DNA of 64,000 nucleotides, taken from an uncultured Clostridia bacterium (lineage in GTDB: Bacteria; Bacillota; Clostridia; Christensenellales; Aristaeellaceae). The DNA lies in the NCBI GenBank assembly GCA_934663625.1, contig CAKUKP010000002.1, positions 726 through 64,725 of the forward strand. Direction: 5' to 3'. Below the pieces are notes generated by a model. It saw only the letters and a list, made by a program, of their open reading frames with translations, had not been told where the DNA came from and searched no databases. Numbering within the stretch: the stretch's first letter is position 1; every line of letters starts with the position of its first letter. A program made the position numbers and the translations under genes. Shown one piece after another: positions 19,176 to 30,915 of the stretch.

Positions 19176-19528
19176 GATTTGGGCTTATCTCTGATTCACG
19201 TTTTGAAATCCATTGATTTGAGATTTCAAAACTTATGGAATTCTCTCCTTCCGTCATCGCGACAAGTCGCGCTGACACCTTCCTCGTCAGAGGAAGGCTT
19301 ATTCCTTGGCTCCACCTGATGGGGGAGCTGTCAAAACCACAGGTTTTGACTGAGGGAGAGAAACCCATAGATCGCTGCACTCACGAAGTTTTTGAAGCTT
19401 AAATCTATGGCTTCAAAAACGTCGTTTTATGCTGCCCATAATCTACGGGCAGCATAAACCAGCGCGGTAGCTACTGGGTGCAGGCTCAGCCTGCCAGCGC
19501 GGCAGCTACTGGCTATCGTCACTGCCGA
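19165..19528 (-). repeat. Mosaic palindromic repeat family, locus A (reverse orientation)
   Basis: 122-nt core at 19241-19362 with terminal inverted repeats TTCTCTCCTTCCG / CTGAGGGAGAGAA and four internal hairpins. The tail at 19363-19528 has hairpins at 19388-19420, 19427-19457 and 19480-19494 that align module-by-module with 23155-23263. Confidence 0.85.
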
Positions 19529-23074
<3,546 letters not shown>

Positions 23075-23086
23075 TCATCACTTTAT

Positions 23087-23115
23087 ATTATAAGGAACTA
23101 CGCGAACAAAGTCAA
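23087..23115 (-). promoter_or_regulatory. Sigma-A type promoter of nifJ (TTGACT-17-TATAAT)
   Basis: Minus strand: -35 at 23110-23115, -10 at 23087-23092. Confidence 0.6.
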
Positions 23116-23151
23116 GAAATTCACAGGGCAAAAAAGTGAATACTTTGTTTC

Positions 23152-23588
23152 GTGGCGGGCTGTGCCCGCACCCGGCAACTACCGTGTTAGTTTGATTGCG
23201 CCCATAAGCTCAAGGCGCAATCAAAACGACGTTTTTGCAGCCACTGATTCAAGCTGCAAAAACTATGTTGGTGCAGCGATGTAAGGGGCTTCTCTCCCTC
23301 AGTCAAAACCTGTGGTTTTGACAGCTCCCTTCAGCAGTCGCGTGCTGCTTGCAGCCCGCGACCAGCCGGTGCGAATCCTACGGATTCCAGCACCGCGCTG
23401 CCGAAACCCTGCACAGCAGGGTCTTCGGTGCGTACCATCAGGTGGAGCCAAAAGAACGGCGTAACCCTTGCCTTCCTCTGATGAGGAAGGTGCCGACGCA
23501 GTCGGCGGAAGGAGAGATAACGTACCTGCCGTTTTGTGCAGGTTTTCGGGGTCAGGGCAACGGAACTATGGAGGCGTTTGCGCCGCGC
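23152..23588 (+). repeat. Mosaic palindromic repeat family, locus B
   Basis: Tail hairpins at 23155-23169, 23193-23223 and 23231-23263. The core at 23290-23517 (TTCTCTCCCTCAG ... CGGAAGGAGAGA) is interrupted in the GCTCC/GGAGC loop by a 107-nt insert (23330-23436). Confidence 0.85.
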
Positions 23589-24866
23589 TCAGGTTTCCGC
23601 GTGCTGATCGGATATTACCAGAAGCGTGCCGCGGCGCACGGATATGCGCGCGTAATCTTCGGTGAAATCATTGCCCGCGCCGATGGGAAAGGCGTTGGTA
23701 ATGCATACGTTTTCAACCTCGTATTTCGCGCCGCGGATCGAAACGCCTTCGCAGACATCCGAAAGGGCGAACACGGATAATTTGCCCGCCGCGCGGGGCA
23801 CGCATATTTCGCCGTTTTTCACGATGAACATATGTACATTTCCATCGGACAGCGCGCCGCGCGCGCCGTGATCCGCGATGAACGCAAGCGATTGCACGTT
23901 GGCGATCGTATGATCCAATCGCCCGCCGAGCCCGCCGATGATCAGAATATCGCGCAGGCCCATCGAAAGCGCGCGGCGGATGCACAGCATCACATCGGTA
24001 TCATCCTTGATCACGGGATGCCGCTCCACGCGCCCGTGCGGCGGTTCCGGCGCGGAATCGAAATCGCCGATCGCCAGATCGCAATCGACGCCCGCCTGCG
24101 CCGCCAGCCGCCAGCCCTCATCCGCGCCCATGATGAAATCGCGCACGCCGGATGCATAGGCGGCGCGCACATCGCCTTCGCACCGCGCGGTGAAGATCAC
24201 GCAGCGGATATCATCGGTCAGTTCGGAAAAATTCCGCGCCATGCGATCCGCCATTTCCGCCATGCGATCGTGCGCGTGGCTGGATGCTTCATCCATGATG
24301 CAGACCGCCCGCATGCCCGCGCGCTTCGCACCGGCAATGCCTTCGGGCATATCTTCAAACACGCAGCAGCGATCGCGCGAAACGCCCAGCCGATCCGCCG
24401 CCATGCGGAAGATCGTGCCGCTGGATTTATCGCGTTCGCCGATTTCATCGGTGGTCAGGCTCGCGGAGAACAGATCCAGTATGCCCAGCCGCGCAAGGCA
24501 CGGCTCGAACAGCACCCGCGCGTTCGATGTGGCGATCGCCATTTTGATTCCGCACTGCGAAAGCAGCGCCAGATATTCCCGCGCGCCGGCCTTCAATTGC
24601 ACGTGATGCGCGTATTCATCCTTCGCCATCGCCATCCATTCGGCGCAGATTTCTTCGATCGATTCCGGAAGGTGCAGATATTCCTTCGTAACCTTCGCCG
24701 TATCGGCAAAGCTCAGCCCCGATATGCGCTTGATATAATCGGGCGGGATCGTATGCCCGCGCTTTTCAAAGAATTCGCGGTCGATCTGCCCCCAGACGTA
24801 CAGGCTGTCCAGCAGCGTTCCATCCAAATCGAATATCGCTGCATCGAAATCAAAAAGTCTGTTCAT
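23589..24866 (-). CDS. HAD-superfamily hydrolase fused to thiamine pyrophosphokinase
   Basis: N-terminal half: AAIFDLDGTLLDS (HAD motif I) and ..CCVFEDMPEGIAGAKRAGM.. C-terminal half: AIGDFDSA, KDDTD, IIGGLGGRLDHT and a thiamine-binding C-domain pattern typical of TPK. Confidence 0.8.
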   Translation of the reverse strand: MNRLFDFDAAIFDLDGTLLDSLYVWGQIDREFFEKRGHTIPPDYIKRISGLSFADTAKVTKEYLHLPESIEEICAEWMAMAKDEYAHHVQLKAGAREYLALLSQCGIKMAIATSNARVLFEPCLARLGILDLFSASLTTDEIGERDKSSGTIFRMAADRLGVSRDRCCVFEDMPEGIAGAKRAGMRAVCIMDEASSHAHDRMAEMADRMARNFSELTDDIRCVIFTARCEGDVRAAYASGVRDFIMGADEGWRLAAQAGVDCDLAIGDFDSAPEPPHGRVERHPVIKDDTDVMLCIRRALSMGLRDILIIGGLGGRLDHTIANVQSLAFIADHGARGALSDGNVHMFIVKNGEICVPRAAGKLSVFALSDVCEGVSIRGAKYEVENVCITNAFPIGAGNDFTEDYARISVRRGTLLVISDQHAET

Positions 24867-26449
24867 GTATTTTCTCCATTTTCAATCAGCGCTTCGGCGC
24901 AGCGCAGGCCGTCCACCGCGGCGGACAATATGCCGCCCGCGTAGCCCGCGCCTTCGCCGCAGGGATACAGGCCGCGCGCCGATGCGGACGCGCAATCCGC
25001 GCCGCGCAATATGCGCACGGGCGAGGAGGATCGGGTTTCCACGCCGGTCAGCACCGCATTTGCATCGGCAAAGCCGTGAATCCTGCGATCAAACATCGGC
25101 AGCGCCGCGCGCATATCGGCCAGCACATAATCCGGAAGGCAATCATCCAGCGCCGTATAGGCAACGCCCGGCCGATACGTAGGGCGCACCGAACCCGCCG
25201 CCTTCGACGGCGCGCCGCGCAGAAAATCGCCCACCAGCTGCGCGGGCGCATGATAATTGCTTCCGCCGGCGATGAACGCCGCGCGTTCCCATTTGCGCTG
25301 GAAGCGCACGCCCGCCAGCGGATCATCCGCACCGTAATCGCCGGGACCCACGGAAATCAGCAGCGCGCTGTTTGCGTTTTCGCCGTCGCGGGCAAACAGG
25401 CTCATGCCGTTTACCGCCACGCCGCCCGCCTCGGAAGCCGCCGCCACCACCTGCCCGCCGGGGCACATGCAGAACGTATACGCCGCGCGCCCGTCCGGCA
25501 GATGCGCGGACAATTTGTAATCCGCCGCGCCCAGCGCCGGATGCGCCGCCGCCGCGCCATATTGCGATCGATTGATCATGATCTGCTTATGTTCGATGCG
25601 CGCGCCCAGCGAAAACGGCTTCTGTTCCATCATGATCTGCATTGAATCCAGCATTTCAAACGTATCGCGCGCGCTGTGCCCGATCGCCAGAATCAGATGA
25701 TCGCACGCCACATCCTGCCCGCCGAGCTTCGCGCCGGTCAGGCGGCCGTTTGTGATGTACAGCCCCTCCAGCTTCGTTTCAAAGCGCACCTCGCCGCCCA
25801 GACGGATGATCTCCCGACGGATGTTTTTCACCACCAGCCGCAATCGATCCGTGCCGATGTGCGGCTTCGCCTGATAGAGAATTTCCTCCGGCGCGCCCAT
25901 CCGCGCGAAGGCTTCCAGCACGCGGCGGCAGCGCACGTCCTTGATGCCGGAATTTAATTTGCCATCGGAAAACGTGCCCGCGCCGCCCTCGCCGAACTGC
26001 ACGTTGCTGGCGGGCGAAAACACGCCGCCGCTCCAGAAGGTTTCCACATCGTGCGCGCGCTCCTCCACGCATTTGCCGCGCTCGATCACGAGGGGCTTCA
26101 GCCCCGCCTGCGCCAGATGCAGCGCGGCGAACAGACCGGCCGGCCCCATGCCCACTACGATCGGGCGGTTGCGCATCGGCTTCGCCTGTGCGACCGGCGC
26201 TGCGGGCGCGGGATCGGGCAGAGCCTCCGCGTTTTTCGGAAGATGGGCGATCGGGCGCTTCATGCGCACATCCAGCGTGAGCGAAAAATGCACGTTGCGC
26301 TTATCGCGCGCATCCACGCTCTTTTTGCACACGCGCACATCATCGATTTCCTCCAGACGCACGTGCAGCGCGCGCGCCGCCATCTGTACATATTTCCCAT
26401 CCGCGTCCAGCGGACAGGCGATCTGCGAAATTCGTATCATAAGCCGCAC
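24863..26449 (-). CDS. FAD-dependent protein (COG2509-like dehydrogenase)
   Basis: 528 aa; dinucleotide-binding VVGMGPAGLFAALHLA. 4-nt overlaps with both neighbouring genes. Confidence 0.8.
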   Translation of the reverse strand: MRLMIRISQIACPLDADGKYVQMAARALHVRLEEIDDVRVCKKSVDARDKRNVHFSLTLDVRMKRPIAHLPKNAEALPDPAPAAPVAQAKPMRNRPIVVGMGPAGLFAALHLAQAGLKPLVIERGKCVEERAHDVETFWSGGVFSPASNVQFGEGGAGTFSDGKLNSGIKDVRCRRVLEAFARMGAPEEILYQAKPHIGTDRLRLVVKNIRREIIRLGGEVRFETKLEGLYITNGRLTGAKLGGQDVACDHLILAIGHSARDTFEMLDSMQIMMEQKPFSLGARIEHKQIMINRSQYGAAAAHPALGAADYKLSAHLPDGRAAYTFCMCPGGQVVAAASEAGGVAVNGMSLFARDGENANSALLISVGPGDYGADDPLAGVRFQRKWERAAFIAGGSNYHAPAQLVGDFLRGAPSKAAGSVRPTYRPGVAYTALDDCLPDYVLADMRAALPMFDRRIHGFADANAVLTGVETRSSSPVRILRGADCASASARGLYPCGEGAGYAGGILSAAVDGLRCAEALIENGENT

Positions 26450-27648
26450 CTTTTCAGTATTTCATCCGTAACAAGCTTTGCGGAGGCCCACGCCCATTGC
26501 AGGTTGAAGCCGCCGCAATCGCCGTCCACATCCAGCACCTCGCCCGCCGCGAACAGGTTGGGGCAGCGTCCGGATTCCAGCGTGCCCTCGGAAAATTCCG
26601 TGATGCGCGCGCCGCCGGATGTAACCTGCGCCTGATCATAGCCCAGCGTACCGGTTACCGGCAGCGTAAAATCGGTAAGCCGCGCCTGCACCGCCATCGC
26701 CTCCGAGCGGCGCATGGAACCGGCTTCCGCGCTCAGCTGCACGCCCGCCGCCTTGACGATCGCCTGTCCCAGCCGCTTGGGTACGATGCCGGTCAGGAAA
26801 TCATCCATCAATCGATCCGGCAACAATGCAGCGCGTTCCGGAATCAGATCGGGGTTTGCGTTCGGCAGGAAATTGAGATGCGCACGCAATTCTTCCCTCG
26901 CGCGAAGGTTTACATCCCGCGCCAGCTGCATCGCAGCGATGCCGGAAATCGCGCCGTCGCCGAACAGGATCTCCCCCGCTTCCGTGCGGATTGCGCCGTT
27001 TTTGCCGTGCAGCGAAATTTCGCCGTGCATCCGTATGCCCTTCAGCGCGCGCACCGCAGCGGGATCGGTTTTCAGCGCGGCGATCGCGGGATGGCGCGGC
27101 GTTATGGTATGCCCGAAGCCCTCCAGCAGCCGATAGCCGTCGGCGCACGCGCCGAGCTTCGGCGCCGCCAGCCCGCCGCACGCGATCAATACATAATCCG
27201 CGCGCACGCGCCGCCCATCCGCGCATTCGATCGAAAATCCATCCTTTCGGCGATCGACGCGCGCGGCGGCGCATTCGGTTTGCACATCGCAGCCATGCTC
27301 CGCAAGATACAACCGCAGCCCGTCCAGCACGCCCGCCGCCTGATTGCTGACGGGATATACGCGCCCTTCCGCATCCGGTGCGCAGAGCACGCCCAGCGAT
27401 TCAAAAAGATCGATGGTCGCCGCGGGCGGCAGCGCGGCAAGCGCGGCGCGCACATAGCGCGCATCGCCGTGGTAATCCCGCGGCGATGCGTTTAAATTGG
27501 TCAGATTGCAGCGGCCGTTGCCGGTGGACAGAAGCTTTCTGCCCACGCGCGGCTGCTTTTCCAGCAGCACGACCTGCGCGCCGCGGCGGACGAGCAGACA
27601 TGCCGCCATCAGCCCCGCCGCGCCGCCGCCGATAATTGCCGTAATCAT
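26437..27648 (-). CDS. HI0933/BaiN-like (aminoacetone-oxidase family) flavoprotein
   Basis: MITAIIGGGAAGLMAA.., ..STGNGRCNLTN.., C-terminal ..GEVLDVDGDCGGFNLQWA. Confidence 0.85.
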   Translation of the reverse strand: MITAIIGGGAAGLMAACLLVRRGAQVVLLEKQPRVGRKLLSTGNGRCNLTNLNASPRDYHGDARYVRAALAALPPAATIDLFESLGVLCAPDAEGRVYPVSNQAAGVLDGLRLYLAEHGCDVQTECAAARVDRRKDGFSIECADGRRVRADYVLIACGGLAAPKLGACADGYRLLEGFGHTITPRHPAIAALKTDPAAVRALKGIRMHGEISLHGKNGAIRTEAGEILFGDGAISGIAAMQLARDVNLRAREELRAHLNFLPNANPDLIPERAALLPDRLMDDFLTGIVPKRLGQAIVKAAGVQLSAEAGSMRRSEAMAVQARLTDFTLPVTGTLGYDQAQVTSGGARITEFSEGTLESGRCPNLFAAGEVLDVDGDCGGFNLQWAWASAKLVTDEILKRCGL

Positions 27649-29786
27649 AATACGATCCCCAGTTCCTTAATCAGCTTTCCGCCCGCCAACAGCGTGACCG
27701 AGTGCAGCGCGCGGGAGCACGCGGTGTACAGCCTGCGCCGTTCATCATCGGTCAGTTCCGCCTCCGGCCAGACCACGATCACCGCATCAAATTCCATGCC
27801 CTTCACCTGATGATAGCACGCCACCACGTTATCCGTGCTTTCATAATTCAGATCGGCTTCGCCGCCGTCCAGACGATATACATTGGACAGCCGCGCGGAC
27901 AGCGAATCCGCCTGCGCCTGCGTGCGCGTGATCACCGCGATCGATGAAAAATTCTGCTTGCGCAGGTTCGCCAGCGTTTCCTTCAGGAGCGCTTCGCTGT
28001 ACAGCGCCACCTGCGGCATTTCGCCCTCGCGCCCGAAGGGATTCAGGCGATCGCCGCCCGGCAGCAGCGCATTGCACAGCCGCGTAATCGGCAGCGTGGA
28101 TCGATAGCAGCGGGTTAAATGGAATACATCCGCATCCTTCGCGCCGAAGCAATCGCCCCAGTTTTCGGGCTTGCATTCCGGAAGTCCGGGGCACGTGCGC
28201 TGCATGGGATCGCCCAGCAGCGTAACCCGCGCGTTCGGATAATAGGCGTGCAGCAGCGCCATTTCCACATCGGTATAATCCTGCGCTTCATCCACCAGCA
28301 GATGATATACGGTTTTATCCGGCTGCACAAAGCCGAGGCGCACCATGAAATACGCCTGCGCGGCGGCGTCCTCCCACCAGAGCACGTTTGCTTCGCAATT
28401 TTCCTTGTAGGCGCAGCGCAGCGCCCACGGCGCTTCCCGCAGCGCATCCTTCAGGATCGTCGCGCCGGTCACGGCGGTTAGATTCTTCAACTGACTGCGC
28501 ACGGGCTGCAGGCGCTGGGAAACCGCCATCTTGCACATGAAGGCAAGCTCGCGCCCGCGATATCTATCGGCATACGCCGCTTCATACTGCTTATACAGCT
28601 TTTCTTCCCAGCTGGCGAGGCGCGTGTTCAGCGTGCCCTTCATGCGTTCGATGCGCTGGGCGGGCGTGAGCAGCGAAAACTCATTTTTGTACATCTTGCG
28701 CAGCTCATCGCGATGGATCAGCACCTGATCATCCAACCGCACATTGCCGAAATCGGGCCCCAGCGCGGCGAAGCTTTCCGCCGTATCGCGCACGCGGTGC
28801 AGGAATTTCGGGCCGCTCTTGTACGCGACGGATTTCATGCGCAATTCCATATTTTCGGGCAGCGTGTTTTCCAGCTGGCGCACCAGCGGCTCCGCCTTGC
28901 GCCCCAGAACGCCCTCCACGATTTCGCGCATCGTGCGGGCGCGGATATTTTCCTCGCCCAGCTCCGGCAATACATCGGATACGTATTCCGAAAACGCGGT
29001 GCTGGGAGATACGATCTGAATGCGGCTGGCATCCAGCACATCGCGGCGGCGGTACATCAGATACGCCGCGCGGTGCATCGCCACGCTGGTTTTGCCGCTG
29101 CCCGCGCCGCCGACCACGCACACCACGGGCGCATCATCGCAGCGAATCGCGGCGTTCTGCTCCGCCTGAATCGTGGAAACGATCTGGCGCATGTGGCGGC
29201 TGGTCGCGCCGGACAGAATATCCAGCAGCAATTTATCATCGATGGACACCTGCGTATCCACGTAATATTTCAATTGACCCTTTTCCATGCAATACTGGCG
29301 CTTGAGCGTCATTTTGCCGATGATCCTGCCGCTCGGACTATCGTAGGAAACATCGCCCGGCATGGAATCATAATACAGGCTGCACACCGGCGCGCGCCAG
29401 TCGTGCACCAGTAAATGTCCCTTTTCATCCTCCAGACTGTACAGGCCGATAACGATCTTTTCGATTTCATCCGCGCCCGCTTCGATGAAATCCACGCGGG
29501 CGAAGAAGGGGTTCATCAGCATCCGGCGGTAGCGCTGCGCCATTTCCAGCGTGAATTCCCGCCGCGCGGCGAAGCGATCGATTTCCACGGAAAGCTGTTC
29601 CAGATCCTGCACCGATAACTGTGTGGGGCGAACGCGCAGCTCCTCCCACGCATCGGCAATGATCGCGCGTATCGATTCCGAATGGCTGTCTGAAATCAGA
29701 TCGGCCTGCTTAATAATCGCCAGCATCATTTCCTGAACCTTCGCGGTGTATGCCTGCTCCTGCCGGAATTCCTGATCCTGCTGCAT
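27645..29786 (-). CDS. helD: HelD-type UvrD-like helicase (RNA polymerase recycling ATPase)
   Basis: N-terminal ..PFFARVDF...IVIGLYSL.. HelD signature, Walker A GGAGSGKTSVAMHR, C-terminal UvrD-like domain. Confidence 0.85.
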   Translation of the reverse strand: MQQDQEFRQEQAYTAKVQEMMLAIIKQADLISDSHSESIRAIIADAWEELRVRPTQLSVQDLEQLSVEIDRFAARREFTLEMAQRYRRMLMNPFFARVDFIEAGADEIEKIVIGLYSLEDEKGHLLVHDWRAPVCSLYYDSMPGDVSYDSPSGRIIGKMTLKRQYCMEKGQLKYYVDTQVSIDDKLLLDILSGATSRHMRQIVSTIQAEQNAAIRCDDAPVVCVVGGAGSGKTSVAMHRAAYLMYRRRDVLDASRIQIVSPSTAFSEYVSDVLPELGEENIRARTMREIVEGVLGRKAEPLVRQLENTLPENMELRMKSVAYKSGPKFLHRVRDTAESFAALGPDFGNVRLDDQVLIHRDELRKMYKNEFSLLTPAQRIERMKGTLNTRLASWEEKLYKQYEAAYADRYRGRELAFMCKMAVSQRLQPVRSQLKNLTAVTGATILKDALREAPWALRCAYKENCEANVLWWEDAAAQAYFMVRLGFVQPDKTVYHLLVDEAQDYTDVEMALLHAYYPNARVTLLGDPMQRTCPGLPECKPENWGDCFGAKDADVFHLTRCYRSTLPITRLCNALLPGGDRLNPFGREGEMPQVALYSEALLKETLANLRKQNFSSIAVITRTQAQADSLSARLSNVYRLDGGEADLNYESTDNVVACYHQVKGMEFDAVIVVWPEAELTDDERRRLYTACSRALHSVTLLAGGKLIKELGIVL

Positions 29787-29966
29787 ATTCTTCCCCCTTT
29801 AACCGGATACTACTTGCGGTCTGCCCACAAAATACGTTATAATGAATTTATTATAGCATGAGCAGCGCCAAAAGAAAATAGTCAATCCGGAACTTATGCC
29901 CGATGCGCTTCGTCCTATTTACAGATATTTCCACGGGAAGCGCGAAATCGAAAGGAAGGGATACGC

Positions 29967-30827
29967 ATGCATCTGGAACCCAGGCGCGACGCGGTGCGCC
30001 TTTTGAAAACCGCAGTCGCGGCGGCGATATTCGCGTTCAACATCAAAACCTTCGTGCGCGGCGCGGGGCTGTTCCCCGGCGGCTTTTCGGGGCTGACGAT
30101 CCTGATTCAATCGATCTTTGAAAAGTATCTGCACATTGCGGTTCCGTATACGCTGATCAACGTGATATTGAACATCGCGCCCACTGTAATCGGCATTCGC
30201 TTCGTCGGCAAAAAGTTTACGATTCTGACATGCGTAAACGTGGTGCTCGCCAGCGTGCTGGTGGACGTGATTCCGGGCGTATATTTAACGGACAACGTGC
30301 TGCTGCTCACCATCTTCGGCGGCATCATCAACGGCTTTGCCATGAGCCTGTGCTTCAGCGCGGATGCAACCAGCGGCGGAACGGACATCTTTTCCATTTA
30401 TATGTCCGAGCACAGCAATATCGATGCGTTTAATTTCTTTCTGGCGGCGAATACGGCGATGCTGTGCGTCGCGGGCGTGCTGTTCGGCTGGGAACGATCG
30501 CTGTATTCGATCATCTATCAGTTTACCAGCACGCAGGTGATCCACGCGCTGTTTACGCGCTATCAGAAGCAGACGCTGTTTATCGTAACCGAAAAGCCGG
30601 AGGCTGTATACAACGTAATCCGCGAAACCACGCACCACGGCGCGACGCTGTTCAAGGGCGAAGGGCTGTATCAGCAGGAGGAGCGCAGTATGGTATACAG
30701 CGTGGTTTCCCGCGAACAGGCATCGGAAGTCACCCGCCGCGTGCGCGAAACGGATGAACATGCGTTTATCAATTCCATCCGCACGCAATCCATCACCGGC
30801 CGGTTTTACCAGCGCCCGAACGATTAA
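29967..30827 (+). CDS. YitT family membrane protein (DUF2179 C-terminal domain)
   Basis: FPGGFSGLTILIQ.. polytopic N-domain, and C-terminal TLFKGEGLYQQEERSMVYSVVSREQ.. DUF2179 pattern. Confidence 0.85.
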   Translation: MHLEPRRDAVRLLKTAVAAAIFAFNIKTFVRGAGLFPGGFSGLTILIQSIFEKYLHIAVPYTLINVILNIAPTVIGIRFVGKKFTILTCVNVVLASVLVDVIPGVYLTDNVLLLTIFGGIINGFAMSLCFSADATSGGTDIFSIYMSEHSNIDAFNFFLAANTAMLCVAGVLFGWERSLYSIIYQFTSTQVIHALFTRYQKQTLFIVTEKPEAVYNVIRETTHHGATLFKGEGLYQQEERSMVYSVVSREQASEVTRRVRETDEHAFINSIRTQSITGRFYQRPND

Positions 30828-30915
30828 TAAAGGAATTTCGGCGCATGCGTCGAATATCTTTATTATATATTGATCCCGGAATCCCATAACACATAATATA
30901 CAGGAGGTACTTTAC

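Noticed and set aside
23478-23485. CTGATGAG / CTGACGAG words inside the repeats, which resemble the hammerhead ribozyme core.
   Set aside because: The word is simply the loop and closing pairs of the CCTTCCTC/GAGGAAGG hairpin. No stem II followed by a GAAA core and stem III / cleavage-site arrangement can be drawn.
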